Origin: Lophium mytilinum
Taxonomy: Eukaryota
Direction of reading: 5' to 3'
DNA length: 64,000 nt
NCBI GenBank assembly: GCA_010093605.1
Contig: MU004182.1
Location: 901,032 to 965,031 of the forward strand
Position 1 is the first letter of the stretch. Every line of letters begins with the position of its first letter. Below the pieces are notes generated by a model that did not search any database, was not told where the DNA came from, and saw nothing but the letters and a program-made list of their open reading frames with translations. Made by a program: the position numbers and the translations under genes. Shown here one piece after another: positions 12,916 to 24,832 of this stretch.

Positions 12916-13402
12916 GTTGAACCAAGAAGACTGGGTATGTGTGAAAAGACTGAATTCAGGGGCAGGGTATCGTGACAGCTCTTAAAAATTCTAGTTCGAA
13001 AGTCGGAACGTAGTGTAGTTCAGGGCCGAGCTGGGCTTGAAAACAGCTTTATATCTCCTGAAAGATCTCAGCCCCCTTTGCCGACTTATCCATCTAAGAG
13101 GAATACGGCACATGACACCCCGCTATGCTTGAGATACCTTGCGGGGAGTATGCAGATAGAAGACGCCGGGGTTAGAAGTCCGGCAACAAAAGCTGGGCTT
13201 TCATGCAGGACCAGCTGGGGGGAACGTCTTCTGTACGGTAGACAATAGCCATACCAATCCAGGCCCAACACGAAGGAGTCCCACTGGGGTTGATTGGATG
13301 AGAATTTAGAGGTGGAGGGGTCGCGGGGTCGAGAAAATGTGGAGTGGCAACTGGTGGGACATGGCTACTGATTCATCCCGCTAATCACCATAATCCGAGA
13401 CG

Positions 13403-13417
13403 CTAATGAGTCATTAG
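13403..13417. promoter_or_regulatory. Palindromic cluster motif CTAATGAGTCATTAG, upstream of AtuA paralog 1
   Basis: Perfect 7-1-7 inverted repeat around a TGAGTCA (AP-1/Gcn4-type) core. Related copies occur at 17435, 22290 and 27340. Confidence 0.65.
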
Positions 13418-13649
13418 GCCACAATTCTGAGTGTACCCCGCGACTTTCTGACTTGTTAGACGTGCCGAAGACACGCTGGGAATCGATGAAGGGCCAGGCA
13501 CACATTCAAGGGCCGCGGATATACGTCGGGCCAGTCATTATCCCGTGAGCGGCGAGAAGTCTTACCACAACAGAGTAGTTTAATTCAAACACATTGCGCT
13601 GAGAATGAGCTATAGTTCTGTACAGACTTCTATGATATACGCGTCGTTC

Positions 13650-14431
13650 TTATAGGTTAGAAGACGGTCTCTCTTTGTGAAGGTAGCCAGCTACAACTTT
13701 GAGGAATGCAAACTTTAGGTTTGTCCTGATATCGCCGTACTTTGCCTTATTGTTTGTCACAGCTGCACTTTTCGCGTGGACATCCCAAAGATACTTCTCG
13801 CTCTCGTACACTTCGACGGTCCTGATGGTGTTTTCCTGATCCTTGTCTTTCAGGATTGCGTACGCCAATGTGCCTGGCTCGTTGTTCTGGCTCTCGGACG
13901 TGACGGCCTTCCAGCCGTCGAATGCGCCTGCTCTTGTCCCATCCTTATAATCGAGTGTCGCAAACACAATATAGGGATTGCTCGCCTTATTGCTTTCCGG
14001 TCTGGTGAAGGAGAAGGCAGTTTCCGTTGTGTAGACTTTCGTGGGAGCCGCGAACAGCGAAGTTTCCGTAGTGAAGGTCTTTATCAACTCTTGAACCGCA
14101 TCCGAAGCCAGGTGAGCGTCGACTGTGGCCTGGTCGGCATATCTAGGATGGTCAGCATGTTGTTGCCGTATTATTGCTTTATTGAACTAACTCTTCAATA
14201 GCGTAGACAGACAAGTCGTCCTGGGGATCAGTCGAAACTGTTACGGCGTATCTGACGACTCCAGGCTCCTGAGCTTGCGAGTAGTGGCCGACTTTGGTGA
14301 GCGCATCGATGAGCTATACGCCGGCATGTTAGTCAATCATCTACCGACAAGAGCTTGCTAGAGAGACATGCCTTCCGCTTGGCCTCTTTTGAAGCCGCAG
14401 CGAGATGCCCGATCACAACAATGGAAGGCAT
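13650..14431 (-). CDS. Tandem ABM/Dabb (dimeric alpha-beta barrel) domain protein (3 exons)
   Basis: ATG at 14431 (MPSIVVIGHL). Two repeats of the pattern EPG(V/T).Y..vYaiEEY.D/S...HL/HA. Two short introns near 14143-14191 and 14313-14373. C-terminus -SNL. Confidence 0.8.
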
Positions 14432-14938
14432 TTTGACGATTGAGCAGATGTCGAGGAGGAAAACGCCATCAAGGTGTCCAGCGATTCATTTTGTCCCCTC
14501 CACTAGGCTGCACGTGCGGACAAGCTAGCGGGAACGAGTTGCTAAAGCACGGCATCATAGGACCGTCGGAATGTGTCCAGGTGGGAGTCGAATGGGGTTG
14601 TGGGGAACTGCCTAAGGTGGAGGTCAAGGAAGTAGGTTCCCGAAGGTCACGTGCCGCTACAGCTTAGCGCTCCTGCGCTGTGATCTTTGCTTTTACCGAG
14701 CTTCTCTCCCCTTTCTCATCACATCCTCGATATGTCCAACCGTACGGAGTTAAGCATTTGCTTCTAGCTTACTCCTCCCACGGCCAGTCTGTCAGCAGCA
14801 CGTGGAAACAGAACACATTCAAAAAAGCGCCATAAAATGTGTAAACGACCAAGTGGCTAGCTTGAACAACTTTCATAAGAATACGGCTAGGCGATGCTTT
14901 CAGATGCTCGGATCTCTTCGATAGCAGATTGGGAGAAC

Positions 14939-16984
14939 TTAAACGACATCTTTCTCCTGAACGACATCATGCTCCAGATTCCCTCCGATGGTCTTGCCAT
15001 GCATCCTCCTCTCGATCTTGCTGGTAAGATGCTTCTTAGGATCCTTAGTAAACAGAGACCCAATGATGGCGATACCTCCGAAGCCCAGGGACGCCAAGTA
15101 GACTGTCTTGAACGCAGCCGCATACGCGAACGGAACAGAACCTGCTACTGCGGTGATGACGGCCGTTGTTATGCCTGGAACTTCCGCCAACTTTCCTGTG
15201 CTCACCGCTGCTAGTACTGCGGGAACTTCTGATGAGGGCAGCCCAGCTGCGACGGCTGCACCACCTACCATGGAAGGTAGGGTCTCAGACAGCCTGTTTG
15301 TCAAGATGGTCGAATACACAGCGACAGCAATTGATCCACCAGCTGCTCGGATTGATGCCAGCATGCCAGACGAAAGGCCAATGTCTTCTGCGTGGCAGAA
15401 CAGTGGGGCCATAGACAAAGCAGCAAGCTCGATAAATCCGACGAAGAACGGTCCGAGAATGGTGAATGCAATACCCATACTCTTCGTACTCGGTGTCAGG
15501 GACGAGAGGGCCGATACGAACGAGACCATCCCACAGGCTGATATGATTGTCCAATATCGAGCATTGCCGAAGTAGCGGATCATGCCTCCAGCGCATACCT
15601 GGCCGAGTGCCGTAGCGGCACTGACAGTGCACTGAAAACAGAAGGTCAGTGTAGCTCATAGAGAGCCTGAATGCTGCTGAATTGCTTACAGATAGCCATC
15701 CGGCATAATTCACATCACTAGTGTACATTGTGGAAACCTGTTGTGGCCCTGTCGCATGGGTCAGCTTTGATTCATGCACTAGGAGTGCTATACTCACATA
15801 GAAGAACGGCTGAGTAGTAGAACATGCTAGCGACGGTTGCGCAAGTTACCAAGCTGATGAAACCTCGGTTTCTGAAGAGCTTCATTGGCATCAAAGGATA
15901 TTTTTGATTCCCGAAGGCCTCCCAGCAGCCGAACGAAATCAGTAGAACTACACCAATCACCATGGTACTAATCACGGCTGCAGATTTCCATGGGAACAGC
16001 CCGCCTCCCTATGTTTTCACGGTTAGAAATCCGAGATATTAAACGTACAAATCGCAATACTGGGTTAGAAGAAAGACTTACCCAGGAAAGACCCATCAAA
16101 AACAAAGTGAGGCCAGAGATCCACAAGAACATGCCGACAAAATCCAATTCCTTAGCTTGAGACATCTTTGATTTGTGCTCGTGCAACATCTCGAAAGTTG
16201 GTGGATGGTAGAAGAAGAATAGGAGGACGACAGCCAAACCGGTAGTAATTAGGTTAAGGTAGTATGTCCATCTCCACCCTAGGGAAGGGTCCTGGATGAA
16301 TGCTCTAGCGATTTTTGGTCCAAAGGTGGCAATCGGTGCTGATGTCGCGAAGATAAAGGACATGACAGCAGGGCGGTACTTATTTGGTACCAATTCGCCG
16401 ACTGCGACGCCAAAGCTGAGCTGAATGCATTCTCCGAGACCATAGACCACGCTCGCGAGAATCAAAGCTGTGATGTTCTGAGCTGTGCAGCCTACGATAA
16501 CACCGATGAAGCAAACGACATTGCCACCGATGAAAAACCAGCGACGTCCTGCTTTACGTTAATTACTGCCGAGCGAGAGCTGAGGAGGCAGAACTGACCA
16601 AACAAATCACTCAATCGACCAGAGACCAAGAACATGCAGCTTTCAGCCAGAGTTCTCCCAATATTGACCCATGCAATGTTCTTGTCTGGCCCGATGTCTT
16701 CATTGATGTAGGTCAAGACATTTGTAGGCAGGATTAGGAAGATGTAGGCCGACATTTGGGCAAGACAGAGTCCCTTTACGCTGTTAGAACGGGATCTGCA
16801 AAGAGAGAGTGAGAAGAGTTCTTACAGCCATCGTTCCTAGGAATGGTAGACTGTAAAAGTAATTATTGGGTATAGTATCGCCACGCGCCACCTCATTGAT
16901 GGAAAGAGTCTCCTCTTGCGAGGAGGTCTCGTCTTCAACAATTTCGTTCTTTTCTGCCATGTTCTTATGGGATTGCGGATCCAT
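14939..16984 (-). CDS. MFS transporter, Tri12 (trichothecene efflux pump)-like, multi-exon
   Basis: GRLSD.FGRRWF MFS motif A across an intron, GELVPNKYR, GWRWTYYLNLI, FFYHPP, LDFVG, LMPMKLF, RAAGGSIA and AYAAAFKTVY. About 6 introns. The start may be 16984 or 16960. Confidence 0.88.
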
Positions 16985-17434
16985 GTGGACCGCGTACGAG
17001 ACGGGGGAGGTACTGCTCGACGTTGACGCGTTGGAGAGGAAAGGAAAGCCCAAGAGCTCAATTAGGGAAAGATGTGCGAGTATCAAGGGACGACAGAGAG
17101 CTGTGTGGAAGTGATGTCTATCACAATGCCCAGAGAACTAGTCTCATGACCAGGAAGGGAGCTCCATACATATAGCAAACGCCTCGTCCTTAGTCCCTCG
17201 CCCTCATTTGGCGTAATCTCAGGGCCTACGGGCATTCTAAACACCCTGAGCGCCTATTCGGTCCCCGCATCCTCCGGGGCCTCCGCACGTTCTCTAAGCG
17301 ATGATATGGGGTTTGGGGATAATAGTGGGGACCGGGGAAACCCTGCAGGTCAATATGGTCACCGACGAGCCCGGAAAACGATTTGCAGATCGTAGCGTGC
17401 CTCGAAAATGCCCTTTCGACTCATGTCTTGCAGG

Positions 17435-17448
17435 CACTAATGATTCAG
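17435..17448. promoter_or_regulatory. Partial cluster motif CACTAATGATTCAG, upstream of the MFS gene
   Basis: 13/14 identical to the reverse complement of 27340-27353. Further (T/C)GACTCA-like cores lie nearby at about 17418, 17459 and 17538. Confidence 0.55.
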
Positions 17449-17732
17449 GTGAAGCAATTGACTCAGGTAAAGCGCTAGAGGAGGCGACGACGAGTCAATG
17501 GAATCCCGAATTAGCGCCACCGCAACATCACTCGCCGACGACTCAGCAGAACGCGTCGCAAAGAGCTCTACCATTCGTGCCACTTCTTCCGATGCACAAC
17601 CTCAGGTCTCATATCACATGGTTATGGATTCTTCTCGTTCTTCAATAAGATAGGCTAATCTAACAGTCATCTTAGACTTTCAGACATCTACAGTAGCTAG
17701 TCTTCCTGCGAGGTGAACCCAAAAGACAGTCA

Positions 17733-18612
17733 TCAGCAGATCCATCCACCATCAACTGAATGTATCGCCCCTGTTATGAAAGTGGACTCGTCGCCTAGAA
17801 GGAAGGCTACCAAACTTGCTACCTCTGATGGCTTCCCAGGCCTATTCAGTGCAGTATGGGCATAATTATCAAAAGTGACATTTGGGTTCCCGGCTCCCGC
17901 GATCTCTCGTGCCTTGGCGACCATTGGAGTCTCTATCGTTCCACTAGATCTCCTTTCAGCTTTCACAATCTTAGTTCGAGCGTGGTCGTATCACTTACGG
18001 AGCAATGGCATTTACCCTGATGCCTTTAGACCCCATGTCTTTTGCGGCACTTCGAGTAAGACCGACCACGCCATGTTTACTAGCTGAATACGAAGCATTC
18101 TTCGCTCGGCCTGATATGCCCGCCACTGAAGCAGCATTGACGATGGAGCCACCATTTTCCATGTTCTGGAGCTGCGCTCTTTGGCAGTACCTGTCGAGTC
18201 GCCAAGTTAAGACCCATATTATTAGGGGAAAATGTGGCACTAACATTAGACCGGTAAGGTTGACCCCGATTACAAAATCCCAATCAGAATCTTCAATCTC
18301 CGCAGCCGTTTTTATGCCAATAGCGTTCCCAGTCACTCCAGCCAGATTGGCAGCACCATTCAATTTTCCAAACTTCGAGACCGTTGCGTCGATCCACGCG
18401 TCTACCTGCTTCCGGTCCCGGACGTCCATTTTGAACGTCATGACCTCTCCACCTGCAGAGCGGATCTCCTTCGCAGCTTCGTCTAATGGTCCTTCCTGCA
18501 CATCCCCGATGGATACCTTGGCGCCCCTTGAAGCTAGTAGTTTTGCTGTAACGAGGCCGATGCCAGATGCGCCACCAGATACAACAATCACCTTGTCCTT
18601 TAGAGAAGACAT
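17733..18612 (-). CDS. Classical short-chain dehydrogenase/reductase (3 exons)
   Basis: SGGASGIG, NLAG, catalytic S..YSASK, IRVNAIAPG and ITG..HSVDGG. The Asp after beta2 suggests NAD(H) preference. Introns about 17933-17998 and 18192-18245. Confidence 0.92.
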
Positions 18613-18983
18613 TGTATTGGCTTGGATAGTGGCGGAACTGCCTACGATTTGAATTGAATAAAGCGGCCCCTGCAGCTTGCGCCGTGCGGAGTACGTCAAG
18701 GACCGAGCACTACCACCAGTAGCAGATTGTGGAGAAAGGAAAGTATTGCCGAGTTCAAAATACTACATCGTCAAGTACTCGCAGTTGCACTTGTCAGCTT
18801 TATGGAGCAATGTTCGGCAACTGGTTGAAATCCCCGCGTCCAAAGCTGGATAATGTCTCCCGATCACGTGCTTTAGCACTTACACAGCTCCACTTACTCG
18901 TAATTTTAGTATCCGCATCCCTTTTAGAGGATCTTTGCGCCTGTATCAAAGTGACGGTATACAGTACGTCTCCTTTAGTCGCG

Positions 18984-21010
18984 ATGCCAGCTTCAAAGAT
19001 ATACCGTTCGAACTATCCCCGTCCTCATGTTCCGACAAATCTCAGTATATCTCAATATCTTCAGCTATACAACCCAGATGATGCAGCCGCCGACAAAACT
19101 ATCTTCCAAGACGATTGGACGGGAAAGAGTCTAACATATTCTGGGCTGAGAACTCAAAGTGCTAAAGGCGCCTTCGGTCTAAGACAGTTACTCAATCTGG
19201 AGGAGGGAGGAGTTGGTGTGTTGTAATCTTCCCTACATTCGTGCCGTTCACACCGTTTAATTTCTCCCAGTGCTCATATGCGCTCCGAACTCAGTAAGTG
19301 AGCCCTCGGCACGGCATTTCGAGCACTCCGGACTGATGAAGCAATTAGGTGGACGTCGTACTATTGATTCATGCAGTCTTGTGGTGTGGTGGGACTGCAG
19401 TGTAAGCTCGACAGGCAACTAGAACGCCCCAGATTCTGATGCTCCGCTTTTAGACTTGTCAATCCGCTTAGCACCTCGTACGAGGTAGCCCACTGCCTCG
19501 GGATATCTGAGCCTAAGATCCTAGTCGCCGACTCGAGCACATGGCCAACCTTGTTCACTGCAAGTCAGACAGTCCCGGCGGCTGGGACATTCGCCACGTT
19601 GTCTCTAGATGCAGGACCGTGTCCCTTCCCGTCGGTATGTCCTTCCTGTCTCACCTTCCCCGCCCTCGAACTAAGCTGATAGCTTCCAGGCTATTCGTCT
19701 ACCCCAGATCTTCCAGACTAACAATGCCTTACCACCTCTGGACTTGTCAGAGCGGGACAGCCGCGATTATACGGCATGCGTCTGCTTTAGCTCTGGAACC
19801 AGTGGCAAGGCGAAGGGAGTGGAGCTGTCCCACTACAATCTCGTTGCGTCCATGGCAGGGATCCGATCGTCGGATACCACTCTCTGGAACGAGACTATCA
19901 GACAAGTTTTCTTTGCCCCTCTATGCCACATATATGGTGCGTGACGAAGTGGTCTGAAGAAGCTAAACTGATCCTAATCATGGCATAGGACTCGTGAGTG
20001 CCGCTCTGATGGGAGCATCGATTGGCTACTATACCATGTTGATGAAGAAGTACACACTAGGAAGACTTCTCGAGCTCTCTGCGAAAGTTAATGCCAATAC
20101 CCTACGCATCCTTCCGACCATTGCGGTTGCGATCACTAAGGATCATGGGTTCGACCTCGCACAGTTACAGAGTATCAAGTTGATCATGTGCGCTGGAGCA
20201 ACATTGCCCCCGAAGATCATCGAATTCTTCAATCAACGGTTTCCGGGCGCTCCTATCTTCCAAGGCTATGGAATGACAGAAACGAACATTACCACTCTAA
20301 GACCTGAGCAGGCTCACATGATAGGCAGCGTCGGAAAGCTTTTTGCTAACCTCGAGGCTAGGTTGGTCGACGATGATATGAATGACGTGGAGTTTGGCGA
20401 GGAAGGCGAGATGCTCCTCCGTGGGCCGACAGTCTTTCGCAGGTATATGAAAAACCAGGCAGCCACAGATGAGACCTTCCATGAGGGCTGGATGAAGACC
20501 GGTGACATTCTGCGGTCCGATGAAAATGGGTTCTTCTATCTGACCGAACGCAAGAAGGTACGTCCACCGGAAAGGGAGAGAGGTCTTTCGCTAATGCCGT
20601 GTCTAATAGGAATTGATCAAGTACAAAGGGTATGCAAGCTCGTTGTAGTTGAGAGAACATCTAACTGATTCGATTCTAGTAACCAAGTTGCACCGGCGGA
20701 ACTCGAAGCGTACCTTGGAGGCCACCCTTACGTTAGAGAGTGTGCTGTATGTGCACTTTGGGATGAAGACCAGGGCACTGAAGTTCCCATCGCATACGTC
20801 GTTTTGACTGATGAAGGAAGAGCGGCGAGCGAGAACATTGCTTCCACGCTGGCAGAGATCCAGAAGCACGTCGACAGCAAAGTCTCGCCCTACAAGAAGC
20901 TCAGAGGAGGTGTCGTAGCACTCGACGAGATACCAAAAACGGGCACGGGCAAGGTGCTCCGACGTCTGCTGCCCGCAAGACTAGCAAAAGAACGATCATC
21001 AAAGCTTTAG
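18984..21010 (+). CDS. 4-coumarate:CoA ligase-like acyl-CoA ligase 1, peroxisomal (-SKL), multi-exon
   Basis: FSSGTSGKAKGV, QGYGMTE, KTGD, ELIKYKG (20-nt micro-exon 20610-20629), VAPAELE and IPKTGTGK. Ends in SSKL. Confidence 0.92.
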
Positions 21011-21042
21011 AAATATACAATTACAAGTTCCACATCACACCC

Positions 21043-21879
21043 CTATAACCTGCTAGCCTTCCACACTGGCGATCGCTTCTCACTAAACGCCTTCAACCCT
21101 TCCAGTATATTTTCACCCTTCTGCAACTCCGCAAACTCCCTATCCATCGTGATCCCTACCGCCTCCTCCACCGCCGCCGTCTCCCACCCCTGCCTGATTC
21201 CAGCCCGCGTACAGATAATAGCATCAGGACTGTTCACCGCAATCGCCGTCGCGTACTTGACCGCCTCCGCTACCAGCTCACTCTTCGGCACAACCTTATT
21301 CACAAGTCCCCACGCCAGCGCCTCCTTCGCCGTGACATTCCGCCCCGTCAGCGCAAACTCGCTCGCCCGCTGCAGCCCAATCGTGCGAATAAGCCGTGGT
21401 AGCGCGCCCCCGATCGGCGAGATCCCGCGCTTGACCTCCGGCAGGCCGAAGTACGCCTCCTCGGCCGCGACCACGAGATCGCAGTTGACGATGAACTCAG
21501 TCCCGCCGCCCATCGCGAGGCCGTTGACGGCCGCAATCACGGGCTTCTTGCCGAGCCGTCGCGAGAGGGGAGTGAAGGCTGGCGCGTTGCCCATGCGGCT
21601 GTTGGGGTCGGCGTCGGCGTCCATGGAGGAGTTCCATTCTTTGAGGTCGGCGCCGGCGCTGAAGGCGCGCCCGGTTCCTGTGATGATGGCGACGGAGAGG
21701 TTGGGCTCGGCGTCGAGCCATTTCCAGACGGCGTCCATTTCCCATTGCGCGGTCGTGTTCATGCAGTTGAGGTCTTTGGGGCGGTTCATGGTGATGAGGA
21801 GGACGCGGGGCGCGGGATAGGAGAGGAGGAGGAAGGTGGGTGTTGGTGGTGGAGGGGTGGTGGTTGGTAGAGAAGCCAT
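21043..21879 (-). CDS. Enoyl-CoA hydratase/isomerase (crotonase) 1, peroxisomal (-SRL)
   Basis: Intronless. AFSAGADLKE, KPVIAAVNG.AMGGGTE and FGLPEVKRG (both catalytic Glu present). Ends in ASRL. Confidence 0.93.
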   Translation of the reverse strand: MASLPTTTPPPPTPTFLLLSYPAPRVLLITMNRPKDLNCMNTTAQWEMDAVWKWLDAEPNLSVAIITGTGRAFSAGADLKEWNSSMDADADPNSRMGNAPAFTPLSRRLGKKPVIAAVNGLAMGGGTEFIVNCDLVVAAEEAYFGLPEVKRGISPIGGALPRLIRTIGLQRASEFALTGRNVTAKEALAWGLVNKVVPKSELVAEAVKYATAIAVNSPDAIICTRAGIRQGWETAAVEEAVGITMDREFAELQKGENILEGLKAFSEKRSPVWKASRL

Positions 21880-22289
21880 TGTGGGATGCTGGAGGGAGAG
21901 GGTTCACGCGTAGTGAGAGGGTTATTCTGATGGTAAGAAAGGAAAATGTTCCAACGCTGAACCAATGAACGCTGGTACAATCTAACGCTGTGACTTCGTT
22001 GAATAGCAAGCAATGCGAAGGAATGAAGAAAACCAGGTGTGGTGTTGAGAGTGGAAAAGTACCGCGAGTCATGAGAATTATTGCAAAGAAACGACAATCA
22101 GTCTCACGATTCGTGTGCAGACCTCGGGAGACCCTGCTAATGCACTGTAGCAGGCGCCTCTACCGTGCCGTCTCGACGGGTGTAAGACTCCGTAGGTGGC
22201 GGCAGGCGGTGAGATAAAGATGGAGGACGAGTCGTGGAGTACCCCACGGGGAGCATTAGTCGCAGGTGGAGACCCTTTAACCCCGTTCA

Positions 22290-22304
22290 CTAATGATTCA
22301 TTAG
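22290..22304. promoter_or_regulatory. Palindromic cluster motif CTAATGATTCATTAG in the divergent ECH1/AtuA2 promoter
   Basis: Perfect 7-1-7 inverted repeat, 14/15 identical to 13403-13417. Confidence 0.65.
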
Positions 22305-22590
22305 CGTCTCTCCCAATTGCGGGGAAGAAGCCGCAAACCACCCACGCCGCGATCTGCCAACGCGAAACTGCATCAAGTCATGCTCTTGTTCCTGCTTGGC
22401 GGCGTCAAACTGACTCTCGCTGTCCCCTCATTCATGCCAGGTGGAGGGGAGCACGGGTAGAACGGCGACGGCGACGGCGTTACTTCAAGGCAATGCTCCG
22501 CAGGCACTGCGTAGGTAGCTTGTTCTATCAAAATATATCGAAGTCATACCACAATCACCTTTCTTATCGTCCCTTCTCGAAGTATCCGAG

Positions 22591-24450
22591 ATGAGCTCCC
22601 AAAACACCACAACACGTCGGCCCATCCGCATAGGCAATGCCTCCGGCGCAATCGGAGACGGCATTGACCAGGTCTACCGCCTCGCTCGCGACGGCAACGT
22701 GGACGCAATTACGGCCGACTACCTCGCAGAATTCAACATTGCCTGGAAAGCGATTGAGTTGACTACGGAGCCAGACCTGGGGTACGAGCCCAACTTTCTC
22801 GACCAGCTAGCATGGCAAGATGGCGCCGCTGCGAAGCTGTTGCGGAGGAAGAGAATCAAGGTTGCGCATGACGGTGGAGCGTTGAACCCCAAAGGGCTGG
22901 CCGAAAAGGTTCATGCCTACTTCTTGAGCTTAGGCATTGAAGACATGAGGATTGCATGGGTCAGTGGTGATGATGTGACAGCGTTGGTTAGGGGGGAGAA
23001 CTTTGGCGCACTACAACACTTGGATTTGCGAGGGGTAAAACTGGATGTCAAGACTGAAAAGGTGTTAGCCGCCAATGTATACACTGGACAAGCAGGTGTG
23101 GTGCGGGCCCTCGAAGCTGGGGCTGACATTGTCATCTGTGGGAGGTGTTGCGATGCCTCTCCAGTCATGGGTCTTGCGTATTGGTGGCACAACTGGAAAT
23201 CCACGGACTACGATGCCATGGCAGGAAGTCTTATCGCTGGACACCTCATCGAATGCGGAGCGTATGTGACGGGAGGAAACTACTGCGGGTTCAAAGAGAT
23301 TCCTCAACGCTACTCCTTCGGGTACCCCATCGCCGAGATAGCTGCAAATGGATCCGTGGTTATTACCATGCCAGAAAACAGCAACGGAGCTGTGACCGTG
23401 GACACCACCAAGGCACAGCTGTTGTACGAGATTCAGGGGCCCTTCTATCTCAACGCCGACGTTATAGCTCGCATAGATGGTGCTGTTTTGGAACAAGTGG
23501 GAAAGAATAGGGTCAGACTGTCTGGAATCAAAGGATCTGCACCACCTCCGACATCAAAACTAGCAATCAGCCTCTTTGGCGGTTGGCAAGCCGAGCTATC
23601 AGCATACAGTGCAGGGCTGGATACTGTAGAAAAATTCGACATGATGAAAGATCAAGTGCGACGATACATCAACCCGGACGAGTTCACGACTTTCAGCATG
23701 GAGACATACGGAGTAGCGCCTCAGGATCCGAAGTCCCAAAAGGAATGCACAGTGCAGCTTCGGATGTTTGCCCAGGCACCGGAGAAGGAAGCGATAACAG
23801 AGTTCAAAAGAGCAATCCTTTACAATGGTATCCAGGGGTATTGCGGGTTACATCTGCATATGGACTGGAGGACGATGGAGCCGCGGATGTATCTCAAATA
23901 CTTTCCAACTCTTGTCCCGCAAGATGGTACTCCGCTGGCAGTCCATTTCGTAGGCGAGCCGGGCAACGTCTTAGATGTACCCGCAAAGCGGATCGAGGAT
24001 TGTGCGGAAGAGGTTCCAGTGCAGCCAGACTACGAGGGAAGGCATCAAGCCGTGAACCTAGCCACTTTCGGAGAGACAGTGCGTCGTCCTTTCGGCGATC
24101 TAGTCTTTGGGCGTTCGGGTGACAAGGGCGGAAACGCTAATGTTGGTATCTGGGTAAGAGACGCCAAAGCCTGGCCATGGCTTCAAAGTTTCTTGACCTC
24201 AAAGAAGGTGAAAGAGCTGCTAGGCGATGATTGGAGTGAAAAGTACTCGGTCGAGCGATGCGAATTTGAGCATCTAATGGCTGTCCATTTCGTGGTCCGC
24301 GGAATCCTCCAAGATGGCGTCTCTAGCAGCAGTATCTTGGATGGGTTTGGCAAGAGTTTTGGGGAGTTCATTAGGGCGCGATATGTAGATATCCCGAAAG
24401 GTCTTCTTGAAGTTGAGCAAAGGAGGAGACAACCTCAAGCACAACTTTGA
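22591..24450 (+). CDS. AtuA/DUF1446 protein, paralog 2 (intronless)
   Basis: RPIRIGNASG, ITADYLAE, GADIVICGRCCDAS, GHLIECG, QLLYEIQG, GRSGDKGGNANVG and AVHFVV..L.DG. Ends in AQL. Confidence 0.93.
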   Translation: MSSQNTTTRRPIRIGNASGAIGDGIDQVYRLARDGNVDAITADYLAEFNIAWKAIELTTEPDLGYEPNFLDQLAWQDGAAAKLLRRKRIKVAHDGGALNPKGLAEKVHAYFLSLGIEDMRIAWVSGDDVTALVRGENFGALQHLDLRGVKLDVKTEKVLAANVYTGQAGVVRALEAGADIVICGRCCDASPVMGLAYWWHNWKSTDYDAMAGSLIAGHLIECGAYVTGGNYCGFKEIPQRYSFGYPIAEIAANGSVVITMPENSNGAVTVDTTKAQLLYEIQGPFYLNADVIARIDGAVLEQVGKNRVRLSGIKGSAPPPTSKLAISLFGGWQAELSAYSAGLDTVEKFDMMKDQVRRYINPDEFTTFSMETYGVAPQDPKSQKECTVQLRMFAQAPEKEAITEFKRAILYNGIQGYCGLHLHMDWRTMEPRMYLKYFPTLVPQDGTPLAVHFVGEPGNVLDVPAKRIEDCAEEVPVQPDYEGRHQAVNLATFGETVRRPFGDLVFGRSGDKGGNANVGIWVRDAKAWPWLQSFLTSKKVKELLGDDWSEKYSVERCEFEHLMAVHFVVRGILQDGVSSSSILDGFGKSFGEFIRARYVDIPKGLLEVEQRRRQPQAQL

Positions 24451-24832
24451 GGTCCACCCCAGACATGGACGAAATGAGAAGTTCTACTTAACACCATTGA
24501 AGAGAACGCAACGCATAGAAGTAGTGATGAAGTTGAGAGGTTGATCGCGAGTCTGGTCTTGATTGGTCTGTCGATGACGACAATAGAACAAATGCTCTAG
24601 TGCCGCCGAGTGAAGGTCCGGAAATGCTACACCGACCCCACATCCCCTCCCATCTTCCACGCCCACCCATGCCGCGACCGTCGACATTACCTAGGCAATC
24701 CGAAAGCGGCATGGGCTCTCTTGACGTCTTCCCCGGGCTGAGGCCGGTTGAATTCATAGCTACCTTCTTGACCGACTCTTTACTTACGTCGTTGCGTACA
24801 TTTGCTACCCAAAACATTCTCGAAAAGCACCA

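Noticed and set aside
22591..24450. Recent bacterial HGT of intronless AtuA2
   Set aside because: Composition resembles its neighbours, DUF1446 genes are common in fungi and other local genes are also intronless; it would need a phylogeny.
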